Origin: a virus
Strand: one strand, 5' to 3'
Length of the DNA: 64,000 bases
Virus record (IMG/VR): IMGVR_UViG_3300045941_000223
Location: 13,255 to 77,254 of that record
The notes beneath the pieces were generated by a model that worked only from the letters and a program-made list of their open reading frames with translations, did not search any database and was not told the origin of the DNA. Within the stretch, counting starts at the first letter, position 1. Each line of letters starts with the position of its first letter. Position numbers and translations under genes: made by a program. This document shows, piece after piece, positions 27,966 through 38,574 of the stretch.

Positions 27966-30900
27966 ATGTCAATCACCGATCTCGGTTCGCTCGGCGCGAC
28001 CGGCAGCACCGGCAACAATCAGGCTTCGCTTGCGCTTACGACGACGCAGGCGTGCTCGGTCGGCGATCTCGTCGTCGTTGTCGTCGCGGTTGATAACCGA
28101 CTCGGTACTACACCGGCTGACGACGACGAAGTGTCGGGTGTCGCCGACAATGCGGTCGGTAGTGAGAACGTATGGTCGAAGGCGGTCGGCTGGAGCTACG
28201 GCGGCGCGAGCCCGGCGGTGCAGGGCGGCGCGGCGGTCGCGATCTGGTATTCGGTCCTCAAAACCGCGCTCCCGACCGGGCGGACGATCACCGCGAGCTT
28301 TACCAGCAGCGGCACGTCCGATGCGACCGGCCTGACGGCGCGACGGTTCGGGACTGGCGGCCCGATCGGGGTCGTTGCCACCAACACCGGCGTTGTCAGT
28401 GCTGGACAGCCCGGATCGCTCGACGCGACGACTCCGAACCTTGAACACCTTCGCGTCCGCGGTATTGCGGGCGAGGTCGGCAACAACACATCGCTGACGC
28501 CGACCACCAACTGGACAGCATGGGCAAATGGCAACAGCGCAACATCCGGCACGATCGCCGAGATGTGTGCCCGGGCGGAAAGCCGGATCGTCACCGGCAC
28601 CAGCGGGGCGTCGAACCCGACTTGGGTCGCGTGCGACATTGCCAACGCCTACGTCGCTTTCCAAGAGATCATCAGTGGCGACCTAGATGCAACCGATGAC
28701 CAAGATGTTGCGTCCTTCGACGGTGAGGTCACGACGCCAGCGGTCGAGGGCGACCTTGCCGCGACCGACGATCCGGACACTGCTTCGTTCGCTGGCGAAA
28801 GCATCTTCAATGCCGTTCTCGGCGCAACCGATGATCCCGACACTGCCGAGTTCGATGGCGATGTCACCAGCCCCATTGTTCTCGCCGAGACCGCCGACGA
28901 TCTCGGCATTGCAACCACGGCTATCGCGGTCGCAGCAATTGCCAGCGAGAGCGGCGGCGGGATTCTCGCGGCGCTGGCAGCGACCGATGCGCCGGACACT
29001 GCTTCGTTCGCAGGCGACGTTACGGCGGGTATCATCGATGGCACGCTGGCGGCGACTGACGCTCCCGATGTTGCCGCTCTCAATGGATCGGCTGCATGGA
29101 ATGCAGTGCTGGCGGCCAGCGAAGCGCCGGACGTGGTCGCATTCTCTGGCCAGAGCGTTGCACAAGGAACGCTGGCGGCCACCGATGCTCCGGACGTTGC
29201 CGCCTTCTCCGGAACAGCAGTCAACAATGGCACACTGGCCGCGACCGAGCAGGCGGACACCGCAGCTCTTGCCGGATCGGTTTATTGGGCCGCAACACTG
29301 GCGGCAACTGAGCAGGCGCTGGACACCGCGGCCTTCTCAGGCGGCATTGTGGCCACTGGTACGCTGGCGGCGAGCGACGTGCTCGATACCGCGGCGCTGT
29401 CCGCAAGCGTGTATTTCTCATGCTCGCTGGCCGTCACCGAGGCACCTGACACTGCCGCATTCGCCGGGAACGCTGAATGGCGGGCGGTACTGGCGGCGAC
29501 TGAAGCGCTGGATGTTGCGGCTCTGGCCGGAAAGGTCGAGTGGATTGCAACACTGGCGGCCACCGAGACCGCGCTCGATACCGCCGCCTTTGTCGGTCAG
29601 AGCGTTGCGCAAGGAATACTGGCCGCTACTGAGCAGGTGCTGGATACCGCGGCCTTTACCGGCCAGAGCGTCGCACAAGGAACGCTCGCCGCTACGGAAC
29701 AGTACGACGTTGCCGCCTTCTCCGGAACAGCGGTTGCCACCGGCACACTGGCCGCAACCGAAGCCATCGATCAGGCGTCCTTCATCGGCGAGGGCGTGGC
29801 GCTTGAGAGCAGCGGCACCCTCGCTGCGGTCGAACAGGCAGACGGTGCGGCGCTTGCCGGGCAGATCGAGTGGCTGGCGACGCTGGTTGCATCCGATACG
29901 CCGGATGTTGCAGCTCTGGCCGGTTCCGTTGCATGGAACGCCACGCTGGCGGCGACCGAGGCGCTGGATGTTGCGGCTCTGGCTGGCACCGTCCACTGGA
30001 CGGCGACCCTCGCGGCCACCGAGACCGCGCTCGATACCGCCGCGCTTGCTGGTTCTGTCTATTGGGGTCTGACGCTCGCCGCCAGCGAGGCGGCCGATAC
30101 GCTCTTCATGACCGCCGACGTTGTCTCGCCCGGCGGCATACTGAATGTAGTCGAGGCGGCGGACACCGCGGCGGGCACCGGCAGCGTCTACTGGCCGGGC
30201 CACCTGCAGGTCACAGAGGCACCGGACACTGCCGCATTCTCTGGAACGATCGTCGCCACCGGCACCCTCGCCGCCACCGAGGCTGTGGACAGCGCAGCCT
30301 TCTCGGGCACGATCGTTGCGACCGGTGTGCTGGCGGCCACCGATGCTCCCGATGTCGTGGCGTTCACCAGCACGGCGGTTGCGACTGGTGCTCTCGCTGC
30401 CACCGACGCGCCGGACGTGGCGGCGTTCTCTGGAAAGGCGGTCGCCACCGGCACATTGGCGGCCACCGACGCCCCCGACGTTGCCGCGTTTTCCGGCACG
30501 ATCGTCGCTACCGGTACGCTGGCCGCAAGCGAGGCGATCGATACCGCTGCCTTCGTCGGCAATCTCGTCCCGATCTCGACCGGTGTGCTGGCGGCAACCG
30601 ACGCGCCCGATCAGGCGGCCTTCAGCGGGTTGGCGCTCGATGTCCTCACCGGCACGCTGGCTGCGACCGAAGCTCGGGACGTTGCCGCGTTCTCCGAATC
30701 CCCGCCGCTGCCCGGCATCCTGCAGGCCAGCGAAGCGCCGGACGGCATCTTCATCGTCGGTCACATCGATATCCTCGAACCGATCGAGTGGACGCACATG
30801 GTCAAGAGCCAAGCACAGGAAGCAGCCCGCATCGTGCAGCGGGCCTTGCGCGAGCTGCTGTGGGTTTCGCCCACCCGCGGGCGGCCGGGATCGGACCTTC

Positions 30901-31466
30901 GGACGCAATGCGGCGACGTGATCACCCACGCCGCGCTGCTGATCCAGAAGAACCTGATCGGCGAGCCGCTGGCCGAATGCTTCGATCTGGCGGTCACCGC
31001 TGGCATCACGCAAAAGAAGCTCGCGCACGTGCGCAAGACGGTGGTGGCCGACACGGCGGTCAGCGTCGGTGCAGTCACCGTGAAGCACCATCTGACGTGG
31101 ATGATCATGGCGGCCGAGTGCCGGGTGATCGCCGACATGCGGTTCTTCAGCCGCGAGGACGCGGTCAAGCTGAAGGACGATATGAACGCCGCCTTCAACG
31201 AGGCCGAGATCATCGCCGCCGACCAGATGGACGAAGCGAGCTACATGGCGCTGGTCAAGCTGCACGCGGCACTCACCTTCCACCTGATCGAGACCGCGCG
31301 GCCCTTGCCGCGAGTGGTGGCGTGGCGGTTCGGCAAGCCGATGTCCACCCGCATCGTCGCTCAGCGGCTGTACTACGACGCCGCCCGCGCCGACGAGCTG
31401 CGGCGTGAGAACAAGGTCGTCCACCCCGCATTCATGCGCAACTACGGAAGAGGCTTGTCGCTGTAA
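27966..31466 (+). CDS. Repeat-rich virion protein fused to a Mu gpN-like C-terminal domain
   Basis: Beta-rich N-terminal domain; about 30 copies of an approximately 20-aa GTLAATEAPDVAAFSG repeat; C-terminal PLPR...VAQRLYYDAARADEL..EN.VVHPAF. Confidence 0.75.
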   Translation: MSITDLGSLGATGSTGNNQASLALTTTQACSVGDLVVVVVAVDNRLGTTPADDDEVSGVADNAVGSENVWSKAVGWSYGGASPAVQGGAAVAIWYSVLKTALPTGRTITASFTSSGTSDATGLTARRFGTGGPIGVVATNTGVVSAGQPGSLDATTPNLEHLRVRGIAGEVGNNTSLTPTTNWTAWANGNSATSGTIAEMCARAESRIVTGTSGASNPTWVACDIANAYVAFQEIISGDLDATDDQDVASFDGEVTTPAVEGDLAATDDPDTASFAGESIFNAVLGATDDPDTAEFDGDVTSPIVLAETADDLGIATTAIAVAAIASESGGGILAALAATDAPDTASFAGDVTAGIIDGTLAATDAPDVAALNGSAAWNAVLAASEAPDVVAFSGQSVAQGTLAATDAPDVAAFSGTAVNNGTLAATEQADTAALAGSVYWAATLAATEQALDTAAFSGGIVATGTLAASDVLDTAALSASVYFSCSLAVTEAPDTAAFAGNAEWRAVLAATEALDVAALAGKVEWIATLAATETALDTAAFVGQSVAQGILAATEQVLDTAAFTGQSVAQGTLAATEQYDVAAFSGTAVATGTLAATEAIDQASFIGEGVALESSGTLAAVEQADGAALAGQIEWLATLVASDTPDVAALAGSVAWNATLAATEALDVAALAGTVHWTATLAATETALDTAALAGSVYWGLTLAASEAADTLFMTADVVSPGGILNVVEAADTAAGTGSVYWPGHLQVTEAPDTAAFSGTIVATGTLAATEAVDSAAFSGTIVATGVLAATDAPDVVAFTSTAVATGALAATDAPDVAAFSGKAVATGTLAATDAPDVAAFSGTIVATGTLAASEAIDTAAFVGNLVPISTGVLAATDAPDQAAFSGLALDVLTGTLAATEARDVAAFSESPPLPGILQASEAPDGIFIVGHIDILEPIEWTHMVKSQAQEAARIVQRALRELLWVSPTRGRPGSDLRTQCGDVITHAALLIQKNLIGEPLAECFDLAVTAGITQKKLAHVRKTVVADTAVSVGAVTVKHHLTWMIMAAECRVIADMRFFSREDAVKLKDDMNAAFNEAEIIAADQMDEASYMALVKLHAALTFHLIETARPLPRVVAWRFGKPMSTRIVAQRLYYDAARADELRRENKVVHPAFMRNYGRGLSL

Positions 31467-32857
31467 TGTCCGATTTCAGGCTCGATCTCGACGAGGTCGT
31501 CGTCACCGGCGACGATCCGTCGCGTCTGCAGGACGAAGGCACGCCCGGCAACCCGCGGCAGCAAACGTCGTCGTCCATACCCAACAGCAGCGGCAGAGCA
31601 GAAGGCATTGGCGGCCAGCAGGATTGGCCGAGCCGCGATGAAGTGGCGGTGCTCGAAGTCAACAATGTCAGGTATGAAAATTGGACTTCGGTGTGGGTGC
31701 AGCACCGCATGATGGAATGGTGGCCGCTTTTCCGGTTCACGTGCGCTGAATATTCGCCGGTGCCACCAGCGTGGCCGCAACTGCAATTCAAGCCGGGCGA
31801 CACCTGCAAGATTTGGCTCGGCGGCTACTTGGCGTTGGCAGGCCGCATCCTTGTCCGGCAGACGGCCTACGACGCCGACAATCATCAGGTGCTGCTGATC
31901 GGAGTAGGTCACCAGTGGTGTGGCTCGCGTGCTTCGATCATTCACAAGGATGGCAATTTCGACAACAAGGATTTCATGACGATCGCGAACGAAGTATTCG
32001 CCCCGTTCGGCAGCAAGTTCATTCCGAGAGGCCAGCCGGATATGGAGCCATACGAGGAAGCGCAAGCGGGCCGGGGCGAAGTGACCGCTGACTTCATTGA
32101 ACGGCTCGCTCGCTTCCGCGATGTGATCCTAGGTGTCGATCCAAACGACCCCGCCGGTAAAAACTACGTGGCGTTCTGGCCGCATATCCAGAAGAGCGAC
32201 ATTGGGTTGATCGAGGGCGAGAACATTCTGCGCTGCCAGTGCACCATCAAGATCAACGATATGTTCAATCCGTACTACGCCGAAGGCGGGAGCAACGGTA
32301 ACGACGAGAAGAACGGCAGGAAGGCGTCCGAGATGGGAGCCCGCGCCGATGGCGTGCTGCCATGCTATTCGCCCCTGCTCATTCCGGCCGAGATGCCGGT
32401 AGCGAACGATGGCCAGCTCCAGAAGCGCGTCAACCAAGAGCGGGATCTTCGCGACTACGCGATCTTCGAAGCCAACGTGACCGTCGCCGGATGGCTGCGC
32501 AATCGCGCCACCGGACTGTGGAAGGCCGGTGACTACGTCTACGTCTGGTCGCCGATGGCGATGATCGACCAGCTCATGGGCATCAAGACCGTCACGTTCT
32601 CGCAGGACACCAACGCCGGTACGACCACCACGCTGGAGCTGGTGCAGCCGGGCCTTCTGAACAATCAGATTGCCGCCGACCCCGGCAAGACCGGAGTGCG
32701 AAAGCCCGGCACTTCGACCGGCACCACCAACGATCCAGCGCCGCCGACGCCGATCGAGCCGGTCCCGGCACCGAACCAGCCCGATCCAAACCAGCCGCTG
32801 CCCGGCGAGAGCATACCGGGCACGCCCGGCATCGGCGGTATGGGCGGCGCTCCATAA
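31466..32857 (+). CDS. Mu gpP-like baseplate hub protein
   Basis: RYENWTSVWV...FKPGDTC...LIEGENIL...WKAG.YV.V.SP. Confidence 0.85.
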   Translation: MSDFRLDLDEVVVTGDDPSRLQDEGTPGNPRQQTSSSIPNSSGRAEGIGGQQDWPSRDEVAVLEVNNVRYENWTSVWVQHRMMEWWPLFRFTCAEYSPVPPAWPQLQFKPGDTCKIWLGGYLALAGRILVRQTAYDADNHQVLLIGVGHQWCGSRASIIHKDGNFDNKDFMTIANEVFAPFGSKFIPRGQPDMEPYEEAQAGRGEVTADFIERLARFRDVILGVDPNDPAGKNYVAFWPHIQKSDIGLIEGENILRCQCTIKINDMFNPYYAEGGSNGNDEKNGRKASEMGARADGVLPCYSPLLIPAEMPVANDGQLQKRVNQERDLRDYAIFEANVTVAGWLRNRATGLWKAGDYVYVWSPMAMIDQLMGIKTVTFSQDTNAGTTTTLELVQPGLLNNQIAADPGKTGVRKPGTSTGTTNDPAPPTPIEPVPAPNQPDPNQPLPGESIPGTPGIGGMGGAP

Positions 32858-32873
32858 ACCCAACGGAGGCAGC

Positions 32874-33722
32874 ATGTTTCGACAGACCCCATTGACCAGC
32901 GGTTTCTACGCCTACAACGGCGGCGGCGCGCGGTGCCTGATCGACACCGCCGACGATGGCCATTTCATGCAGGAGTCGAAAAGCACATTCATGCGCGGCG
33001 AGCAGCGATCGAAGATCGAGTCGCCGCAGAACTACGGCTTCACGTCGGTGGTCGCCAAGGCCACCAAGGACAAGCAGGGCCGGATCACCGGCAGCGCCGA
33101 AGGCTTCGTCTCGTTTATGGGCAGCAGTCGGTCGTTCCCGGTGATCACCGTGATGGACGATCGGCGGCATCGCCTGCGCGATCTCAAGGAAGGCGACGTG
33201 GCGCTCTTCCGCGGCAAGGACGATCAGAACCAGATTCACCTGAACGAGGACGGCGGCTTCTGGTCGAACCGCAACGACCGCAAGACCCGCATCCAGATGG
33301 TCAAGAAAAAAGAGAAACAGGAACAGGGCGGCCCACAAAGCCAGCCAACCGTGAGCGCGCTTGCCAATGGTGGCGGTGGCGGCGGCAGCGGTGGTGGCGG
33401 CAGCAGCAGCGGTGGCCAGAGCGAGAGCGAGGACTTCCAGCAGGAAAAGCTCGAAGGCCAGCAGGCGCAGTACAAGGAAGAATCGAAGACCTACCTCGAA
33501 CTCGACGGCGACAACAACATTCTGGCCAAGCGCGGCGAGGGGCACCAGAAGACCGAGGACAACAAGATCCAAGGCTACTGGAAGGACGAGACCCACTCCT
33601 ATCAGGTCACCGACAGGCACATCCACATTCGCTTCAAGCAATTCCGGGTGTGGATCGACGAGACCGGCATCTGGAGCACGATCCCGATCCAAGTGAAGCA
33701 AGACCCGATGGACCATGCCTGA
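32874..33722 (+). CDS. Mu gp45-like baseplate spike/assembly protein
   Basis: ESPQNYGFTS...DDRRHRLRDLKEGDVALF; start re-called at MFRQ after GGAGG. Confidence 0.85.
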   Translation: MFRQTPLTSGFYAYNGGGARCLIDTADDGHFMQESKSTFMRGEQRSKIESPQNYGFTSVVAKATKDKQGRITGSAEGFVSFMGSSRSFPVITVMDDRRHRLRDLKEGDVALFRGKDDQNQIHLNEDGGFWSNRNDRKTRIQMVKKKEKQEQGGPQSQPTVSALANGGGGGGSGGGGSSSGGQSESEDFQQEKLEGQQAQYKEESKTYLELDGDNNILAKRGEGHQKTEDNKIQGYWKDETHSYQVTDRHIHIRFKQFRVWIDETGIWSTIPIQVKQDPMDHA

Positions 33723-34218
33723 CATTCGGTTCGTTCAGTCGGGAACCTTCCCGACCGTCACCGCGGTCAGCGTCGATTGGCTGCTGCTCGGCGACGGCTC
33801 ACTCGACGAGACCGAGGCGCTGGCCACCGCGGTGATCGTGGCGCTCGGCACCGACCGGCTGGCCGAGCCCGGCGAACGCCTGCCAGATCCGGACTCGGTC
33901 GATCGGCGCGGCTGGTGGGGCGACCTCGACGCCGAGCAGATATGGGACGGCTGGCCGATCGGCTCGCGGCTGTGGCTGCTCATGCGCGAGAAGATCACCG
34001 GGGCGGAAGCCTACCAAGGCGCGACCATCACCCGGGTCGAGCACTACATCCGCGAAGCGCTGCAGCCGTTCATCGATCGCCGCGTCGCCTCGCAGTTGGA
34101 AGTGCGCGTCACGCGCGTCAATCAGGAACGCATCGACGCACTGATCCGGATGTACCGCGGTCCGGATATCGAGATCGAGCTGCGCTATCAGATCCTGTGG
34201 GAAGACATAATGGAATGA
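33715..34218 (+). CDS. Mu gp46-like baseplate protein
   Basis: LATAVIVALGTDR...RGWWGD...IGSRLWLL. Confidence 0.9.
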   Translation: MPDIRFVQSGTFPTVTAVSVDWLLLGDGSLDETEALATAVIVALGTDRLAEPGERLPDPDSVDRRGWWGDLDAEQIWDGWPIGSRLWLLMREKITGAEAYQGATITRVEHYIREALQPFIDRRVASQLEVRVTRVNQERIDALIRMYRGPDIEIELRYQILWEDIME

Positions 34219-34224
34219 TCGGCC

Positions 34225-35313
34225 ATGCCATGGGCAACCCCAACTCTTACCCAAGTTCGTGAGCTGGTTCGTGACCAGATCCGCGGATCGTTGCCGGGCG
34301 CTGACGCAGCGATCCCGAACTCGGTGCTGCGCGTCATGTCCGACAATCAGGGCGCGCTCTGCCACTTGGTTTTGCAGTACATCGACTGGCTGTCGCTGCA
34401 GCTCTTGCCTGACACCGCCGAGACCGAATGGCTCGATCGGCACGGCGATATCTGGCTGGTCAATTCCGATGGCAGTACCGGCCGCAAGGTCGCCACCTTG
34501 GCGCAAGGGACCGCCACCTTCACCAGCATCGACGGCGGCATCATCGTTCCGGCCGGGACGCGGCTGATCCACGGCAACGTCGAGTACGAGACCATCCAAG
34601 AGTTTGTGGTGGCGTCGGGTCAGGTGCCGACCCCGGGCGAGATCCGCGCGCTCGATCCCGGGGTCATCGGCAACCTCGTCCCCGGCGATTCGCTGGCGAT
34701 CTCCACCACCGTCGCCGGGGTGGACGGCACCGCGGTGGCGATCGATGTGGACGGCGGCGTCGATGAAGAGAGCGACGACGACCTGCGCATCCGGGTTCTG
34801 GAGCGCATCCGCCAGCCGCCGCAGGGCGGTGCCGCGCACGACTACGTGCGATGGGCGAAGGCGGTGCCGGGCGTCACCCGCGCGTGGTGCGAGCCGCTGG
34901 AGATGGGAATCGGCACCGTCACCGTGCGCTTCATGATGGACGAGCTGCGCGCCGACAACGACGGCTTCCCGTTCGAGAGCGATTGCGAGACGGTCGCAGA
35001 GTACATCGACACGCAGCGTCCGGTGGCCGTGAAGGACTTCTTCGTCGTGGCACCGCTCAAACAGCGCATCGACATTCTGATCAACAACCTTAATCCGAGC
35101 ACCGACGCGGTGAAGGCCGAGATCAAGAACTCGATCGAGCAGATGCTGTTCGACAAGGCCAAGCCCGGCCAGACGATCTACGCGGCATGGAAATACTGCG
35201 CGATCATGGAATCGCCCAACGTGGTGTCGTTCTCATTCCCAACATCGGCCGATGACGTGATGCCGAGCCCCGGGCACATGGCCGTGCTCGGCGATATCGT
35301 CTATGGCACATAA
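34225..35313 (+). CDS. baseplate J / Mu gp47-like protein
   Basis: QLLPDTAETEWLDRH...GGVDEESDDDLR...PPQGGAAHDYVRWA. Confidence 0.92.
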   Translation: MPWATPTLTQVRELVRDQIRGSLPGADAAIPNSVLRVMSDNQGALCHLVLQYIDWLSLQLLPDTAETEWLDRHGDIWLVNSDGSTGRKVATLAQGTATFTSIDGGIIVPAGTRLIHGNVEYETIQEFVVASGQVPTPGEIRALDPGVIGNLVPGDSLAISTTVAGVDGTAVAIDVDGGVDEESDDDLRIRVLERIRQPPQGGAAHDYVRWAKAVPGVTRAWCEPLEMGIGTVTVRFMMDELRADNDGFPFESDCETVAEYIDTQRPVAVKDFFVVAPLKQRIDILINNLNPSTDAVKAEIKNSIEQMLFDKAKPGQTIYAAWKYCAIMESPNVVSFSFPTSADDVMPSPGHMAVLGDIVYGT

Positions 35314-36037
35314 CCAGACGCCAGTCGTCATTGAGCGCGATCGGCACATCCGTCGCTACGGCGAGGACTACACCGACGCATTCGTCGATCTTCTGCCGCG
35401 CGGCAAGATATGGTCCCGCTCGCCCGGCTCGACCATCTACGGCGTCTGCCGCGGCCTCGCGTGGTTTTGGGAATATGTCGATGGCCGCGCCGCCGACCTT
35501 CTGGAACGCGAGAGCGATCCGCGTCTGACCACCGAGCTGCTTCCCGAGTGGGAGCGCGCATGGGGCCTGCCCGATCCATGCTTCCCGTCCACCACCGATA
35601 TCGAATCGCGTCGCAAGATGCTCGTCATGGTGATGACGTGGCTCGGCGGCCAGTCGCGCGAATACTACAAGAAGGTGATGGAGTGGGTCGGCTACGAGGA
35701 TATCGAGATCGCGGACTTCGGCGAGTACGCGCCGTTCATGGCCGGGATCTCGCAGGTAGGCGACACGCGGCCGACGCAAGATCCGACCAAGAACCAGAAT
35801 TTCCGCTGGTACATCGGCCCGCCCGAGCAGCGTTTCTACTGGTACATCCGCCCCGGCACGGTTGGCCTGCGATGGTTCCGCGCGGGCTCGGGACAGGCGG
35901 GCGTCGATCATCACCTTGAGTTCGCCGTTCCCGAAGAGTTGGAGTGCCTGCTCAATCGGTGGAAGCCCGCACACACCGACCTCATCATGGACTTCTCGCA
36001 GATGGCGTTCGGTGGACCCATGCAGGGTACGCCGTAG
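35303..36037 (+). CDS. Mu gp48-like (DUF2313) baseplate protein
   Basis: LLPRG..W...ELLPEWERAWGLPD.C...LEC...KPAHT. Confidence 0.88.
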   Translation: MAHNQTPVVIERDRHIRRYGEDYTDAFVDLLPRGKIWSRSPGSTIYGVCRGLAWFWEYVDGRAADLLERESDPRLTTELLPEWERAWGLPDPCFPSTTDIESRRKMLVMVMTWLGGQSREYYKKVMEWVGYEDIEIADFGEYAPFMAGISQVGDTRPTQDPTKNQNFRWYIGPPEQRFYWYIRPGTVGLRWFRAGSGQAGVDHHLEFAVPEELECLLNRWKPAHTDLIMDFSQMAFGGPMQGTP

Positions 36038-36135
36038 CGGGAGCCCGGCATCTGATCATTGGGTTTCATCGGTCCTGACCGTTCCGGCGAACGGCTGGCT
36101 GTAAATCTAAACCTATCAACGACGGGACTGAAGCC

Positions 36136-37845
36136 ATGAAATACGTGCAGCCCTACGGCATCTCCGATCCGAACGCGCCCTACATCAATGGCGACCCGTC
36201 GATCGGACGGCAGGGCAGCATTCCGCCTGCTGCCGCGTTCGAGCACCCGATGCGCGAGCTGGTGGCGATCATCACCAGAAGTTTCGTCACGCCCAGCGAT
36301 ACCGATCTCGAACAGGTGGCGAAATCGATCCGCTCGCAGCGGATGAATTATGCGGAGGATACCGGGTCGGCCAACACCATCTCATGCTCGTTCGCTCCAC
36401 CGATCACCAGCTACACGGTCGGCCTGCCGCTGCGCGTCAAGATCAAGGTCACCAACACTGGCGCGGTCACCATCAATGCCGGTGCCGGGAGCGCGCAGGT
36501 CAAGCGTCCGAATGGATCGCAGCTCTCGGCTGGCGATCTCACCGCTGGCGGTCTGGCCGAGCTGGTCTACGACGGCACCAGCTTCATCCTGATCAATTTC
36601 GGCGGCACCGGCGGCGCTGGCACCACCAATAACTACTTCGTCTACATTCCGTACGCGGTCGATTCCGGTGCGGCGAACACCGTGACGGTCAGCTATTCAC
36701 CACCCGCCGGTGCGCCAGCAATCTCGCTGGCCGCCGGTCTGGCGATCCTGATCAAGATCAACAACACCAACACCGGGCCGACCACGCTCAATATCAACGG
36801 CTTGGGTGCGAGGCCGGTGTTCGCGCAGGGTGGCGGGGCGCTGCTGCCATCCGATGTGGTAGCAGGCGATACCTGCTTGTTCATCTACGACGGCACGCAA
36901 TTCTGGATCTCTCCCAACATCACGATCACCGCGAATTGCACGATCAACGTCGCCAACAATACCGACCTCGACAACGCCTTCAGAAATCTCGGCCGCAAGC
37001 GCATTCCGCCGAACATCACGGTGACGATCAAGCTCGCTGGCGCGGCAGCCCCAAACCCGAAAATCTTCACGCCGTTCACGACATATCACACCAATGCCGA
37101 TCGCATCGTAGTCGAAGGCACGATGAACGGGGCGGTGCCGACCAAGAATGACTTCTACAAGACCGGCAATCCGAGCGACACCAGCAACAATCTCGCGATG
37201 CTGCGCGGTCGCTACGGCACCGAGATCCAGTTCACCAACGCGGCGTCAATCCTGACCGGCGGGTCCGGACTGGTGGCAATCAATCACACCGGCCCCGGCA
37301 AGATCACCATCAAGAATATTCTGATCACCGGCGCGAATTCCTATGGCGGCATATCTGGCACGCTCGGTGCGATCGGTCCGGAGCATGGCTGCGGCATGAT
37401 CTGCGACGGCGTCAGCGTGTGGGGCGGTGGCTACAATGCGTTCGCGGTTGCGCAGGGCACTCTCGACTGCAGCAAATGCTTTTCGGCCAACAGTTGGGGC
37501 AGCGGCTTCTACTGCTACGGCGGCAGCACAATGTCGCTCTACGATTGTGGGGCGTACGGCAATGCGCAGGACGGGATGCAGTCCGGTGTCGGCTCGATGC
37601 TCTATCTCTACCAGAACAACGAGAGCATGAGGAATCTCTGGAATGGACTGTCGGCGTGGGCAGGTAGCACCGCACTGCTGAAGAACCAAAATGGCGTCAT
37701 CAACAACAGTGGTTCTTATTTCGATATCAACGCGACCGACATTTCTTCCATCACCATCAACAGCTCGGTCGGCAACACGTGGACCACAACGACTCCAGCG
37801 ACCGGCGTGGTCGGCAATTTCGGGTCGCTGATCCGAATTTACTAG
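36136..37845 (+). CDS. tail fibre/spike with beta-helix C-terminus
   Basis: MKYVQPYG...NGDPS.GR.GSIPPA N-terminus; two NTGxxTxN...YDGT repeats; parallel beta-helix-like C-terminus. Confidence 0.8.
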   Translation: MKYVQPYGISDPNAPYINGDPSIGRQGSIPPAAAFEHPMRELVAIITRSFVTPSDTDLEQVAKSIRSQRMNYAEDTGSANTISCSFAPPITSYTVGLPLRVKIKVTNTGAVTINAGAGSAQVKRPNGSQLSAGDLTAGGLAELVYDGTSFILINFGGTGGAGTTNNYFVYIPYAVDSGAANTVTVSYSPPAGAPAISLAAGLAILIKINNTNTGPTTLNINGLGARPVFAQGGGALLPSDVVAGDTCLFIYDGTQFWISPNITITANCTINVANNTDLDNAFRNLGRKRIPPNITVTIKLAGAAAPNPKIFTPFTTYHTNADRIVVEGTMNGAVPTKNDFYKTGNPSDTSNNLAMLRGRYGTEIQFTNAASILTGGSGLVAINHTGPGKITIKNILITGANSYGGISGTLGAIGPEHGCGMICDGVSVWGGGYNAFAVAQGTLDCSKCFSANSWGSGFYCYGGSTMSLYDCGAYGNAQDGMQSGVGSMLYLYQNNESMRNLWNGLSAWAGSTALLKNQNGVINNSGSYFDINATDISSITINSSVGNTWTTTTPATGVVGNFGSLIRIY

Positions 37846-37854
37846 GAGAGTGGC

Positions 37855-38145
37855 ATGAAAGTGTACGTCTACGCTGCGACGATCACCGATATCAATCCGC
37901 GAGTAGGCGCAACCTATCCGCTGGGAGCCGTCGTTCCGGACGACGCTCACGGTATAGGAATGACCGTGCTTTACGTTGCGGATCAGGCGGTGTTCGTCAA
38001 ACCGCTGGAGATGGGGTCCGGCACAGAAGGGCGAATGTTCTTGGTCGAAAACTGGCGGGATTTCGAGCTGGAGCCGCCGGTGCAGCAACAATTCAAGAAG
38101 AAAGCGGCACCGGTGCCAGAGGCCGAGGCGTCGTCCGAGGACTAA
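37855..38145 (+). CDS. hypothetical protein (fibre-associated)
   Basis: SD AGGAG; follows the fibre gene. Confidence 0.6.
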   Translation: MKVYVYAATITDINPRVGATYPLGAVVPDDAHGIGMTVLYVADQAVFVKPLEMGSGTEGRMFLVENWRDFELEPPVQQQFKKKAAPVPEAEASSED

Positions 38146-38148
38146 CGA

Positions 38149-38574
38149 ATGTCCAACCTGCTCGCCATGCCGTTGTGCTCGCTGGTGATCGAGACCGGCA
38201 ACAACGAGGACTGGATCGACAGCATCAAGTTCGTGATCGATGTCGATGAAGATCCACAACCACAGCTCGATCTTACCGGGATCGATTTCGAGATGGAGGT
38301 TCGTCGCACGCCGGACGACGTGGAAGTGATCCTCGCCGCCTCGACCGCCAACGGCACGCTGATGATCGGCGACGCGCCCGATACCGGCTTCCTGATCATT
38401 CAGGTTCCCTTAGCCGACATGAAGGACAAGAAGGCCGGGAAGTACGTCGCCGATATCGTCGGCATGGACGGCGAGTTCACCCGCGCGGTCGCGCAGATCG
38501 AGCTGGTCATTCTCGAAGGGGTTACCAAGAAGCCGGTGAACAAGCGCATTGTCGTGCAAGGACCGGAAACATGA
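38149..38574 (+). CDS. virion structural hypothetical protein
   Basis: NNEDWID...DLTGIDFEMEVR...AGKYVADIV. Confidence 0.65.
   Translation: MSNLLAMPLCSLVIETGNNEDWIDSIKFVIDVDEDPQPQLDLTGIDFEMEVRRTPDDVEVILAASTANGTLMIGDAPDTGFLIIQVPLADMKDKKAGKYVADIVGMDGEFTRAVAQIELVILEGVTKKPVNKRIVVQGPET

Noticed and set aside
16079-36037. Tailocin, eCIS or gene transfer agent
   Set aside because: Capsid, portal, integrase, attP and a large accessory arm indicate a complete temperate phage.
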